A model generated the notes under the pieces. The model did no database searches. It saw nothing but the letters and a program-made list of their open reading frames with translations, and was not told where the DNA came from. From assembly GCA_023269635.1 (NCBI GenBank), contig JAHFPN010000002.1:1770-65769 (forward strand): DNA of 64,000 nt. The letters run 5' to 3'. This document shows positions 27,105-36,939 of this stretch, piece after piece (the stretch's first letter is position 1; the number at the start of each line of letters is the position of its first letter). Both the position numbers and the translations under genes were made by a program. The stretch is from Hyphomicrobiales bacterium (GTDB lineage Bacteria; Pseudomonadota; Alphaproteobacteria; Rhizobiales; Xanthobacteraceae).

Positions 27105-27686
27105 TCAGAACAGGAAGGTCGCGATCGCGAACCCGCCGATGAACACCACCACGAAGGCGAGCGCGAACCACTCGAGCCGCTTCTCGATGAATTCCTTGGC
27201 CGGCGGCCCCCACAGATAGACGAGCCCGGCGACCAGATAGAACCGCGCGCTGCGGGTGATGATCGACAGCACGATGAACCAGAACAGATCATAGCCCGCG
27301 AACCCCGAGGTGATGGTCACCACCTTGTAGGGGATCGGGGTCACGCCCTTGATGAGAATTATCCAGTGGCCCCATTGCGCGTAGGCGGCGCGGAACTCCT
27401 CGGCCTTCTGGCCGTAGCCATAGAGCTCGATCAGGAAGCGGCCGAGCGTGTCGTACAAGAGCGCGCCGATGGCGTAGCCGGCGAGCCCGCCGATAACGGA
27501 GGCCGCCGAGCAGACCCCGGCATAGAACCAGGCGCGCTCGCGGCGCGCGAGGCACATCGGGATCAGCATCACGTCCGGCGGGATCGGAAAGATCGAGCTT
27601 TCGGCGAACGAGACCGCGGCCATGGCCCAGGCGGCCTGCGGCCGTTCCGCGAGCGCGAGCACCCAGTCGTAAAGCCGGCGGAGCAT
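27105..27686 (-). CDS. YqaA-family (DedA-related) membrane protein
   Basis: 193 aa with FAESSIFPIPPDVMLIPM, typical of YqaA. Confidence 0.75.
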   Translation of the reverse strand: MLRRLYDWVLALAERPQAAWAMAAVSFAESSIFPIPPDVMLIPMCLARRERAWFYAGVCSAASVIGGLAGYAIGALLYDTLGRFLIELYGYGQKAEEFRAAYAQWGHWIILIKGVTPIPYKVVTITSGFAGYDLFWFIVLSIITRSARFYLVAGLVYLWGPPAKEFIEKRLEWFALAFVVVFIGGFAIATFLF

Positions 27687-27734
27687 CGCGCTCTCTATAG
27701 CAGGGGTTGGATTGCGGAGGTGAGCTGCGGCCGC

Positions 27735-28118
27735 TCAGCGATCGCGCCGGCGGCGCGCGCGTTCGATCGGCACCGGCGTCTTGTCGGGCCCGAGCCCGGG
27801 CACGCCGGCTTTCGGTATCTTCTCGGCGATGCCGAAGAGCTTCTCGCGCCGGTCCATCTCGGCCCACACGTCCTTGGGCTGCACGCCGCAGGCCGCCCAT
27901 AGCACCATCACGTGGTACATCAGGTCGGCGCTCTCGCGGATCACTTCCGAGCGGTTGCCGGCGACCGCCTCGATCGCCACTTCCGCGGCCTCCTCGGCCA
28001 CCTTCTTGGCGATCTTGCGCTTGCTGGAGCGGATCAGGCGGCCGGTGCGGGACGCGAGCGGGTCCTTGGTCTTGCTCGCCAGCACGGCGTCGAAGAGTCG
28101 ATGAAGCGAATCAGCCAT
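27735..28118 (-). CDS. hisE: phosphoribosyl-ATP diphosphatase
   Basis: KKVAEEAAEVAIEA and ESADLMYHVMVLW helices. It has a basic C-terminal extension. Confidence 0.85.
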   Translation of the reverse strand: MADSLHRLFDAVLASKTKDPLASRTGRLIRSSKRKIAKKVAEEAAEVAIEAVAGNRSEVIRESADLMYHVMVLWAACGVQPKDVWAEMDRREKLFGIAEKIPKAGVPGLGPDKTPVPIERARRRRDR

Positions 28119-28155
28119 TTAGGGCACCATACGGCGATCGAGTCGCGCAGTGAAT

Positions 28156-28174
28156 CCCTCTCCGCTGCAGAGGG
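28156..28174. repeat. degenerate short hairpin CCCTCT-CCGCTGC-AGAGGG
   Basis: Seen directly. It resembles a truncated member of the GGGGAGAGG hairpin family. Confidence 0.4.
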
Positions 28175-28393
28175 TTAATCGGCGGCCGGCGCGAACTTCG
28201 GCGGCCGAAGTGCGCCAATTGCCTTGCGCTTGTGCACGGGTGCGCGCTTGCGCCCCATTCCGCTTGCCCTCCGATCCGGCATGGTCTTTGCTCTTTGCTC
28301 CCTGCTGAAGCAGGGCAAGGCATGGCGCGGTTGCATTCGAGCCGGTTGGTTCCGGGAGTTCGTCTGGCGGCCGTGGGGACAGGGAGAGTCGTC

Positions 28394-29437
28394 ATGGTCG
28401 TTCTGGAATCGCTTGCGGCAGGGGCTCGGCGCGCCGCCGTCGGCGCGCTCATCGCGTGCGGCGCGTTGCTCGCAGCCGACGCAGCCGTCGCACAGACGCC
28501 GATCAAGTTCGCGCTCGACTGGAAGTTCGAAGGCCCGGCGGCCCCGTTCGTGGTCGCGCTCGATCGCGGCTATTACAAGGCCGAAGGACTCGACGTGACG
28601 ATCGATTCCGGCGCCGGCTCGCTCGAGCCGCTCAACCGGGTCGCCGCCGGCACCTACGACATGGGATTCGCCGACATCAACTCGCTGATCAAGTTCCGCG
28701 ACGCCAACCCGACCGTGCCGATCAAGGCGATCTTCGTGGTCTACAATAGGCCGCCCTTCGCCATCGTCGCGCGCAAGAGCCGCGGCGTGATCAAGCCGAA
28801 GGATCTCGAGGGCAAGAAGCTGGGCGCGCCCGCGCCCGACGGCGCCTACGCGCAGTGGCCGATCTTCGTGCAGGCGAACAACATCGACGCCTCCAAGGTC
28901 ACGATCGAGAACGTCGGTTTCCCGGTGCGCGAACCCATGCTCGCGGCGGGCCAGGTGGACGCGATCACCGGCTTCTCGTTCTCGTCCTACATCAACCTGA
29001 AAGACCGCGGCGTGCCGGCCGACGATATCGTCGTGCTGTTGATGGCGGATTTCGGCGTCAATCTCTACGGCAACGCCATCATCGTGAACCCGAAGTTCGC
29101 GGCCGAGAAACCCGAAGCGGTGAAGGCTTTCTTGCGGGCTTTCCTCAAGGGCATGAAGGACACCGTGAAGGATCCCACCAGCGCGGTCGATTCAGTGGTC
29201 AAGCGCAATGACGTGGCCAAGAAGGATATCGAGCTCGAGCGGCTGCAAATGGCGCTCAGGGACAACATTCTGACGCCGGAAGTGCGCGCCAACGGCTTCG
29301 GCGCCATCGACCCGGCCCGCTTTGAGCGGGCGATCGACCAGATCGGGCTCACCTACAACTTCAAGGCCAAGCCCAAAGCCGGCGACATTTTCGACGCCTC
29401 GTTCCTGCCTTCGGCCGCTGACCGCAAGGTCAACTGA
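28394..29437 (+). CDS. ABC transporter substrate-binding protein (NMT1/THI5-like, NitT/TauT family)
   Basis: ATG 28394 follows GGGAGAG. A signal peptide ends in AVAQ, followed by IKFALDWKFEGPAAPF. Confidence 0.8.
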   Translation: MVVLESLAAGARRAAVGALIACGALLAADAAVAQTPIKFALDWKFEGPAAPFVVALDRGYYKAEGLDVTIDSGAGSLEPLNRVAAGTYDMGFADINSLIKFRDANPTVPIKAIFVVYNRPPFAIVARKSRGVIKPKDLEGKKLGAPAPDGAYAQWPIFVQANNIDASKVTIENVGFPVREPMLAAGQVDAITGFSFSSYINLKDRGVPADDIVVLLMADFGVNLYGNAIIVNPKFAAEKPEAVKAFLRAFLKGMKDTVKDPTSAVDSVVKRNDVAKKDIELERLQMALRDNILTPEVRANGFGAIDPARFERAIDQIGLTYNFKAKPKAGDIFDASFLPSAADRKVN

Positions 29438-29459
29438 GCGGCGGGTCCGGACGCCGTCC

Positions 29460-30242
29460 GTGTCCGCCTTCGTCGCGCTCGAAGGCGTGAGCCATGTCTA
29501 TGGCGGCGCCGGCGGAACATTGGCCGTCGAAGGGCTCTCGCTCTCGGTCGAGCGCGGCGAGTTCGCCGCCGTCGTCGGCCCCTCGGGCTGCGGCAAATCC
29601 ACCCTGATGAAGCTCGCGACCGGGCTGCAATTCCCGTTCAAGGGAACGATCCGGATCGCGGGCGAGGCGGTGACGAAGCCGGTCAAGATCGCCGGCATGG
29701 CGTTCCAGGCGCCGACGCTGCTGCCGTGGCGCACTACGCTCGAGAACCTGTTGCTGCCGCTCGAGATCGTACAGCCGCACCGGAGCCAGCTTTCGCGCAA
29801 GAAGGGCGAGTACGTCGCCCGCGCCGAGAAGCTCCTGGCCTCGGTCGGCCTCGGCGGCGTCAGCGCGAAATATCCGTGGGAGCTCTCCGGCGGCATGCAG
29901 ATGCGCGCCTCGCTCTGCCGCGCGCTGATTCACGAGCCCGATCTCTTGATGCTGGACGAGCCCTTCGCCGCGCTCGACGCGTTCACGCGCGAGGAGCTCT
30001 GGGGTGTGATCCGCGACTTGCACGCCGCGCGCCGGATCACGGTCGTGCTGGTCACCCACGATCTACGCGAAGCGGTGTTCCTCGCCGACCGCGTCTTCGT
30101 CATGTCGGCGCGGCCGGGCCGCATCCTGCTCGAGCGGCGGGTGCACTTCGAGCGGCCGCGCGACCTCGAGATCACGTACACACCGGAATTCCAGGCGGTC
30201 GCCCACGAACTGCGCGAGCACATCCACAAGGCGCGCCAATGA
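29460..30242 (+). CDS. ABC transporter ATP-binding protein (NitT/TauT family)
   Basis: GTG 29460. Walker A GPSGCGKST, signature LSGGMQMR, Walker B LLMLDEPF. Confidence 0.85.
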   Translation: MSAFVALEGVSHVYGGAGGTLAVEGLSLSVERGEFAAVVGPSGCGKSTLMKLATGLQFPFKGTIRIAGEAVTKPVKIAGMAFQAPTLLPWRTTLENLLLPLEIVQPHRSQLSRKKGEYVARAEKLLASVGLGGVSAKYPWELSGGMQMRASLCRALIHEPDLLMLDEPFAALDAFTREELWGVIRDLHAARRITVVLVTHDLREAVFLADRVFVMSARPGRILLERRVHFERPRDLEITYTPEFQAVAHELREHIHKARQ

Positions 30243-31009
30243 ACCGTTCGCTCTCGATACGGCTCGCTCCTTGGGTCTTCACCATCGCCCTCTTGGTGCT
30301 GTGGGAGCTGGCCGTCGCTCTGCTCCGCATCCCGGTCTTCTTCCTGCCGCCGCCCACCGCGGTGGCGCGCGCGACCTTCGAATTCTGGCCGGCGATCTAC
30401 CGTAATTCCCTGTTCACGCTCGCCACCACCATGATCGGCTTCGCGCTTGCGGTCGGCTTCGGGCTGGCGCTCGGTCTGCTGGTCGGCTGGTCGCGGACGA
30501 TCTATGCCGGGCTCTATCCGCTGATGGTGGGCTTCAACGCCATCCCCAAGGTGGCGGTGGTGCCGATCCTGGTCTTGTGGTTCGGCATCGGCTTCGTGCC
30601 GGCGTTCCTGACCGCGTTCCTGATCTCGTTCTTTCCGATCGTGGTGAACGTGGCCACCGGGCTCGCCACCATCGAGCCCGAGCTCGAGGACGTGCTGAAG
30701 GGCCTCGGCGCCTCCAAGCTCGACATCATGCAGAAGGTCGGCATTCCCCGCTCGCTGCCCTATTTCTTCGGCTCGCTGAAGGTCGCGATCACGCTCGCCT
30801 TCGTGGGCTCGGTGGTGTCCGAGACCATCGCCTCCAATTACGGCATCGGAAATCTCATGCTGCAGGCCCAGGCCCAGTTCCAGGTGCCCTTGATCTTCGC
30901 CGGCCTGATCGCGCTCGCGGTCGAGGGCATCGTCATGTATTGGGCCATGGCGGTGCTGGAGCGGCGCATGACCGGCTGGGCCCAGCGCTCGGGCTTTGCC
31001 CAGGGCTGA
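30239..31009 (+). CDS. ABC transporter permease (NitT/TauT family)
   Basis: ATG 30239 overlaps the upstream stop (ATGA). Six TM segments with an EAA-like loop. Confidence 0.85.
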   Translation: MNRSLSIRLAPWVFTIALLVLWELAVALLRIPVFFLPPPTAVARATFEFWPAIYRNSLFTLATTMIGFALAVGFGLALGLLVGWSRTIYAGLYPLMVGFNAIPKVAVVPILVLWFGIGFVPAFLTAFLISFFPIVVNVATGLATIEPELEDVLKGLGASKLDIMQKVGIPRSLPYFFGSLKVAITLAFVGSVVSETIASNYGIGNLMLQAQAQFQVPLIFAGLIALAVEGIVMYWAMAVLERRMTGWAQRSGFAQG

Positions 31010-31098
31010 CCGACCGGCGCCAAGCGGCGGGGCGGATTGCCCGTGGCCGCGATCCGGCTACATTCCGGCGTCACGTTCGCGCTTCCGGCTGGGTCCCG

Positions 31099-32892
31099 AT
31101 GTCGCTCTTCCGTCTCTATGCCCGCGTGTTCGCGCTGCTCGGCAACGAGAAGCGGCTCGGCACCTTGCTCGCGTGCGCGAACATCGCGCTCGCTGCGGCG
31201 CAGTTCGCGGAGCCCGTGCTGTTCGGCCGCATCATCGACGCGCTGGTCGGCGCCCAGGCCGCGGCCCGCGCACCTACGGTCGGGGATCTGGTATGGCTGC
31301 TCGCCGCCTGGGTCGGCTTCGGCCTGTTCACGATCTTCGCCGGCGTCCTGCTCGCGCTCCATGCCGATCGGCTCGCGCACCGGCGGCGGCTCGCCATCAT
31401 CACGAGCTATTTCGAGCACGTGGTGCAAATGCCGGTCCCGTTCCACGGCGCCATTCATTCCGGCCGGCTGATGAAGGTGATGTTGCAGGGCGCGGACGCG
31501 CTCTGGGGCATGTGGCTCTCGTTTTTTCGCGATCACTTTGCCTCGTTCGTCTCGCTGCTGGTGCTCCTGCCGGTCGCGGTGTGGCTGAACTGGCGGCTCG
31601 GCTTGCTGCTCGTCCTGCTGCTCGCGTTGTTCGCGGTGCTCACGTATTTCGTGATCCGCCGCACCGAGATTCTGCAGCACGGCGTCGAACGCTTCCATTC
31701 CGATCTCGCCGAGCGCGCTTCGGATGCACTCGGCAACGTGGCGCTGATCCAGAGCTTCACCCGCATCGATGCCGAGGTGCGCGGCTTAAGGGACGTGGCC
31801 AATCGCTCGCTCGCGGCGCAGATCCCGGTGCTGTCGTGGTGGGCGTTGGTGGCGGTGGCGACGCGCGCCGCGACCACCTTCACGATCCTGGCGATTTTCC
31901 TGGTCGGCACCTGGCTGCATATCAACGGCCTCACCTCGATCGGCGAGATCGTCACCTTCGTCGGGATCGCCACCATGTTCGTGGGCAAGCTCGACCAGGC
32001 GGTCGCCTTCACCAACCGCATCGTGCTGGACGGGCCGCGGCTCGCCGATTTCTTCGCCGTGCTCGACGCCGCGCCGACAGTGCGCGACCGGCCCGACGCG
32101 AAGGATCTCGGGCGGGCGCGCGGCTTGGTCGAGTTCGAGAACGTCACGTTTTCCTACGACGGCTTGCGCCCCGCCGTCGCCGATCTCACGTTTCAGGTCA
32201 TGCCCGGCGAGACGATCGCGCTCGTGGGCGAGACCGGCGCCGGCAAGTCGACGGCGCTCTCGCTATTGCACCGGGTCATGGATCCGCAATCGGGAATGGT
32301 GCGCGTGGACGGCCACGACATTCGCGACCTCACGCTGCTTTCGCTCCGGCGCAATATCGGCGTGGTGTTTCAGGAAGCGCTGATGTTCAACCGCTCGATC
32401 GAGGAGAACCTGCGGGTCGGCAAAGCCGATGCGACGGCGGAGGAATTCGAGCACGCCTGCCGGCGCGCCGAAGCTTGGGATTTCATATCCCGCTCCCCGG
32501 AAGGGCTCGCCACCAACGTGGGCGAGCGCGGCCGCGCGCTTTCGGGCGGCGAGCGCCAGCGTATCGCCATCGCGCGCGCGCTGCTCAAGGACGCGCCGAT
32601 TCTGATCATGGACGAGGCCACGAGCTCGCTCGACGCCGCGACCGAAGCCAAGGTAAAGGTCGCCCTCGACGAGGTGATGAAGGGGCGCACCACTTTCGTG
32701 ATCGCGCATCGGTTGGCCACCGTGCGCAACGCCGACCGCATCTTCGTGTTCCACGCCGGCCGCATCATCGAACGCGGAACTTTCGACGCGCTGGTCGCGC
32801 AGGGCGGGCGCTTCGCCGCGCTCGCCGCGGCGCAGTTCATGGTCCCGCGCGCCGAAGCCGCACCCGCTACCGTGCCGGTGGAGGAAGAGTGA
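31099..32892 (+). CDS. ndvA: cyclic beta-1,2-glucan exporter-type ABC permease/ATPase
   Basis: The N-terminus [20 protein letters not shown]...[12 protein letters not shown] resembles NdvA/ChvA. Walker [10 protein letters not shown], signature LSGGERQR, and [12 protein letters not shown]. Confidence 0.75.
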   Translation: MSLFRLYARVFALLGNEKRLGTLLACANIALAAAQFAEPVLFGRIIDALVGAQAAARAPTVGDLVWLLAAWVGFGLFTIFAGVLLALHADRLAHRRRLAIITSYFEHVVQMPVPFHGAIHSGRLMKVMLQGADALWGMWLSFFRDHFASFVSLLVLLPVAVWLNWRLGLLLVLLLALFAVLTYFVIRRTEILQHGVERFHSDLAERASDALGNVALIQSFTRIDAEVRGLRDVANRSLAAQIPVLSWWALVAVATRAATTFTILAIFLVGTWLHINGLTSIGEIVTFVGIATMFVGKLDQAVAFTNRIVLDGPRLADFFAVLDAAPTVRDRPDAKDLGRARGLVEFENVTFSYDGLRPAVADLTFQVMPGETIALVGETGAGKSTALSLLHRVMDPQSGMVRVDGHDIRDLTLLSLRRNIGVVFQEALMFNRSIEENLRVGKADATAEEFEHACRRAEAWDFISRSPEGLATNVGERGRALSGGERQRIAIARALLKDAPILIMDEATSSLDAATEAKVKVALDEVMKGRTTFVIAHRLATVRNADRIFVFHAGRIIERGTFDALVAQGGRFAALAAAQFMVPRAEAAPATVPVEEE

Positions 32893-32906
32893 TTATTTTC
32901 TCGGCA

Positions 32907-33005
32907 CCCCCGGGACAAGCCGGGGGGTCCACGCTCCAATTCTCGAATCAGTCAGAAAATGGCGGATGGCCGGGTCACCCCCGGATTAAACCCGGGGGCG
33001 GCCAT
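32907..33005. repeat. two GC hairpins of the CCCCCGG-loop-CCGGGGG type
   Basis: 32907-32926 is CCCCCGG-GACAAG-CCGGGGG. 32966-33005 has outer stem ATGGCCG/CGGCCAT and inner stem CCCCCGG/CCGGGGG. A related copy lies at 60812-60834. Confidence 0.7.
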
Positions 33006-33022
33006 GACGAATTGACCGCGGG

Positions 33023-34192
33023 TTAGCGCAACCGTTCCAGGATCGAGACGTAGTTTGCGACCGCGACCCCGCCCATGTTGAAGATGCCGCCGAGCTGGGC
33101 GTTCTTCACCTGCATGTCGCCGGCCTTGCCGAGCAGCTGCATCGCGGTGATCGCGTGCATGGATACGCCGGTGGCGCCGATCGGGTGACCCTTGGACTTG
33201 AGCCCGCCCGACGGATTGACCGGCAGGCGGCCGTTCTTCTCGGTGACGCCCTCCTCGATCACGCGCGCGCCCTCGCCGGGCTTGGCCAAGCCCATGGCCT
33301 CGTACTCGATCAGCTCGGCGATGGTGAAGCAGTCGTGCGTCTCGACGAACGAAAGATCGTCGAGCTTGAGGCCGGCCGCGGCCAGCGCGCGCTGCCAGGC
33401 CTCGGTGCAGCCTTCGAACTTCAGGATTTCGCGCTTGGACATGGGCAGGAAGTCCTGCGCGTGCGCCGCCGCGCGGAACGCGACCGCGGGCCGGCCGAGC
33501 TTGAGCGCGGTCTCGACGTCCGCGAGCACGATTGCGGCCGCGCCGTCGGAGACCAGCGAGCAGTCGGTGCGCTTCAGGGGCCCCGCCACGCGCGGGTTCT
33601 TGTCGCTCTCGGTGCGGCAGAACTCGTAGCCCAAGTCCTTCCGCATCTGCGCGTAAGGGTTGGCGACCCCGTTTTTGTGATTCTTCGCCGCGATCCGCGC
33701 CAGCGCATCGGATTGATCGCCGTGCGCCTGGAAATAGAGGTCCGCGATCTTGCCGAACACGCCGACGAAGCCTCCGGCCGTGCCGCCGTCTTCGGGAAGG
33801 TAGGAGGCGCTGAGCAACACTTTGCCGACCTCGGCGGGCGGCGTCTTCGACATTTGCTCGACCCCGACCACGAGCGCGATCCTCGCGCTTCTGGCGGCGA
33901 TCGCCTTGATGCCCTGATGCACCGCGGCCGAGCCGGTGGCGCAGGCATTCTCGACCCGCGTCGCCGGCTTGAAGCGGAAGGCGGGATCCGCCTGCAGCAC
34001 CAGCGCGGCGGTGAAATTCTGCGGCGTAAAGCCGCCGTTGCAGTGGCCGAGCACGATCTCGTCCACGTCCTTGGCCTCGATGCCGGCATCGGCGAGCGCC
34101 GCGTTCGCCACGCGCACCACCAGGCTTTCGACCGTCTCGGCATCGAGCTTGCCGAACGGCGTATGGGCGTAGCCGACGATGCATGCGGTCAT
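33023..34192 (-). CDS. thiolase-family acetyl-CoA acyltransferase (SCP-x/thiolase-domain type)
   Basis: 389 aa with nucleophile region VENACATGS, plus THDCF and GHPIGATG. Confidence 0.85.
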   Translation of the reverse strand: MTACIVGYAHTPFGKLDAETVESLVVRVANAALADAGIEAKDVDEIVLGHCNGGFTPQNFTAALVLQADPAFRFKPATRVENACATGSAAVHQGIKAIAARSARIALVVGVEQMSKTPPAEVGKVLLSASYLPEDGGTAGGFVGVFGKIADLYFQAHGDQSDALARIAAKNHKNGVANPYAQMRKDLGYEFCRTESDKNPRVAGPLKRTDCSLVSDGAAAIVLADVETALKLGRPAVAFRAAAHAQDFLPMSKREILKFEGCTEAWQRALAAAGLKLDDLSFVETHDCFTIAELIEYEAMGLAKPGEGARVIEEGVTEKNGRLPVNPSGGLKSKGHPIGATGVSMHAITAMQLLGKAGDMQVKNAQLGGIFNMGGVAVANYVSILERLR

Positions 34193-34351
34193 GGGCGCCT
34201 CCGCGAGCAGACTATAGGCCGCGATAGTCTCCGCGGCGAGCCTCTTTGCCTCGCGCGGCGGGACACGCTAGGAAGGACGCCCGCGGCGACCGCTCGCCGC
34301 CGATCCAGTACTCGCCGAAATGTCGCCGCATTGAGCGAACCTGTCTTGCCC

Positions 34352-35671
34352 GTGCCGCCCCGTATCGCCCGACTTGCGTTGATTCCCGGATTTCTGCTCG
34401 CGCTCGCCCTCGCGGCGCCCGCGGCCGCCGGGCCCTATATCGTGGTCGAGGCCGACAGCGGCAAGGTGCTCGCGCAGCACGACGCCGGCCGCCAGTGGTA
34501 CCCGGCCTCGGTCACCAAGCTGATGACCGTCTATCTCACCTTCCGCGCGCTGCGCGCCGGCAAGGTGAAGCTCGACACGCCGCTCACCGTCTCCGAGACC
34601 GCCCATGCCCAGCCGCCCTCCAAGATGGGCCTCCAGGTCGGGGCGCAGGTGACGGTCGACAACGCGCTCAAGATGCTGATGGTGAAATCCGCGAACGACG
34701 TCGCCGTGGTGCTGGCCGAGGGCGTCGGCGGCAGCCTCTCCGCATTCGTGAAGGCGATGAACGACGCGGCCGACGACCTCGGCATGAACGGCACCCAGTT
34801 CAGGAACCCGAACGGCCTGCCCGACGAGGAACAGGTCACCACCGCCCGCGACATGGCGGTGCTCGCCCGCGCCCTGATCCGCGAGTATCCCGAGCACGAG
34901 ATGCTGTTTCGCATCCCGGCCATCCAGTACGGCAGGCGGGTGATGCGCAACCACAACCGGCTGATCGACCGCTTCCCGGGCATCGACGGCATGAAGACCG
35001 GCTTCATCTGCTCCTCGGGCTTCAACGTGGTCGCCACCGCCAAGCGCGGCGACAAGCACCTGATCGTGGTCGTGTTCGGCGCGCGCTCGTCGCTGAGCCG
35101 CGCCGAGGACGCGGCCCGCCTGTTCGAACGCGGCTTTGGCGGTCCGTTGGCGCTGGCAAATCTCTTCGCCGGCGAGCGGCCGACGCTCGAGCAGGTGGCG
35201 AACGTCGCGGTCGGACCGGTCGACATGCGCGAGGAGATGTGCGACCGCCGCCGCCGGCGCGGCAAGAAGCCGCTGGTGGAGACCGACCTCGACGAGGACG
35301 CTGACGATCCCGAAACCAAGGCGCTCCTGAACAACGGCCCGAAGCAAACGCTCTTGATCGATTTGCCGCCCTCGATGCCGCCGATCCGGGTCTGGGCCGG
35401 GTTGAAGCAGCCGGCCGAAACCAAGGCGACTGAGACCCGGAGCCGCAAGACGCGCGTGTCACGGACGAAGAAAACCAAGGCGACCGCCGACGTAAAGCCG
35501 AAGGCCAAGGCTACCGAGGCAAAGTCGACCGAGGCCAAGGCGAAGCCGAAAACGGTCACCGGCAAGGCCAAGACGAAAGAATCGCCGAAGCCCGCCACCA
35601 CCGCGCCGGAGCCGAAGCCGGCGCCGACCCGCGTTTCGACTCCGGCGCCGGCGCCGCGCCCGGGCGGCTGA
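34352..35671 (+). CDS. D-alanyl-D-alanine carboxypeptidase (S11/PBP5 family) with Lys/Thr/Ala/Pro-rich C-terminal tail
   Basis: Motifs SVTK, SAND and KTGF, plus a signal peptide LALALAAPAAAG. The start is GTG 34352 or TTG 34331. Confidence 0.85.
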   Translation: MPPRIARLALIPGFLLALALAAPAAAGPYIVVEADSGKVLAQHDAGRQWYPASVTKLMTVYLTFRALRAGKVKLDTPLTVSETAHAQPPSKMGLQVGAQVTVDNALKMLMVKSANDVAVVLAEGVGGSLSAFVKAMNDAADDLGMNGTQFRNPNGLPDEEQVTTARDMAVLARALIREYPEHEMLFRIPAIQYGRRVMRNHNRLIDRFPGIDGMKTGFICSSGFNVVATAKRGDKHLIVVVFGARSSLSRAEDAARLFERGFGGPLALANLFAGERPTLEQVANVAVGPVDMREEMCDRRRRRGKKPLVETDLDEDADDPETKALLNNGPKQTLLIDLPPSMPPIRVWAGLKQPAETKATETRSRKTRVSRTKKTKATADVKPKAKATEAKSTEAKAKPKTVTGKAKTKESPKPATTAPEPKPAPTRVSTPAPAPRPGG

Positions 35672-35696
35672 TCGAGGATTTGCGAGCCGCCGACCG

Positions 35697-36830
35697 ATGA
35701 ACCCGAACCAGCCCGCTTTGACGCCGCCCGCCGAGCCGATCGCGCTCTCGGTGCTCACGGGTTTTCTCGGCGCCGGGAAGACCACGCTGCTGCAGAAGCT
35801 GGTTGCGGATCCCGCGCTCTCCGACGCGGCGGTGCTCATCAACGAAGTCGGCGAGGCGGCGCTCGATCATCTGTTCGTCGAGGTGCTCGACGAGCGGCTT
35901 CTGTTGCTCGCGAGCGGGTGCCTGTGCTGCACGGTGCGCGGCGACCTCCTCGATTCCCTGGAGAACATCGCGTACCTCCGCGACGAGGGCCGCGTGTCGT
36001 TTCGCCGCGTGGTGATCGAGACCACCGGACTCGCCGATCCGGCGCCGCTCCTGCATCTGGTGATGACGCATCCCTATCTCGTGCAGCGCTATCGCCTCGA
36101 CGGCATCGTGACCTTGATCGACGCGGTGAACGCAGGCGCCACCCTCGACGCCCACGAGGAGGCGGTGAAGCAAGTGGCGATGGCCGACCGCCTCGTGCTC
36201 ACCAAGACCGATCTCGTCGCCGGCCCCGAGCGTGAGCGCCTGACGGCGCTACGCGCGCGTTTGAAGCGGCTCAATCCGGCGGCGCCCGTGTTCGATGCTG
36301 CGAATGGCGAGGCGACCGCCGCCGCCTTGCTCGACGCCGGTCTCTATGAGCCGTCGGGCAAGATTCCGGACGTCGCCCGCTGGCTCGCCGAGGAAGCGGT
36401 CGCGGGCGCGGTCAGCGCGCCGAGCACCGGCCGCGAGCCGCATCGCCACGACGAGCGTATCCGCGTCTTCACCATCGCGACCGAGGCCGCGATCCCGCTC
36501 TCGACGCTCGAGGACTTCCTCGAGCTCCTGCGCGCCACCCATGGCGAGAAGCTCCTGCGGCTGAAGGGCATCGTGCGCATAGCCGAGGAGCCCGACCAGC
36601 CCCTGGTGCTGCACGCCGTGCAGCAGGTCCTGCATCCGCCGGTGCGCTTGGCCCGCTGGCCCGACGACGACCGCCGCTCGCGCCTGGTCTGCGTCACCCG
36701 CGACCTGGAGCCGAGCGTGGTCCAGCGCCTGCTCAACGCGTTCCTTGGCATTCCTGCCGCCGACACGCCCGACCGGGCCGCTTTGCTCGATAATCCCTTG
36801 GCGATCCGGCCCGGCGCACAGGCCGGCTAG
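35697..36830 (+). CDS. CobW/COG0523-family GTPase (metallochaperone type)
   Basis: P-loop GFLGAGKTT, the CxCC motif GCLCCT, and a C-terminal CobW_C-like region. Confidence 0.85.
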   Translation: MNPNQPALTPPAEPIALSVLTGFLGAGKTTLLQKLVADPALSDAAVLINEVGEAALDHLFVEVLDERLLLLASGCLCCTVRGDLLDSLENIAYLRDEGRVSFRRVVIETTGLADPAPLLHLVMTHPYLVQRYRLDGIVTLIDAVNAGATLDAHEEAVKQVAMADRLVLTKTDLVAGPERERLTALRARLKRLNPAAPVFDAANGEATAAALLDAGLYEPSGKIPDVARWLAEEAVAGAVSAPSTGREPHRHDERIRVFTIATEAAIPLSTLEDFLELLRATHGEKLLRLKGIVRIAEEPDQPLVLHAVQQVLHPPVRLARWPDDDRRSRLVCVTRDLEPSVVQRLLNAFLGIPAADTPDRAALLDNPLAIRPGAQAG

Positions 36831-36939
36831 GCGGGCCCTTGCCAGCGGCGGGGCCTTGCGGAATCTAGAGGGGGCGTTCCCGCCGAGACGGAGCGCCATG
36901 ACCACAAGCGGCCGAGAAGCCGCCCGGGGAGGGAAGCCG

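Noticed and set aside
28119-28393. TPP riboswitch upstream of the THI5/NMT1-like binding protein
   Set aside because: I could not find the conserved CTGAGA or ACCTGATCTGGATAATGCCAGCG-type elements. The region contains only a short hairpin repeat and a GC palindrome (28188-28216).
35672-35696. Zur box in front of the COG0523 GTPase
   Set aside because: The spacer is only 25 bp with no AT-rich palindrome. Any metal-responsive operator would have to lie upstream of the carboxypeptidase gene, and I cannot recognise one there.
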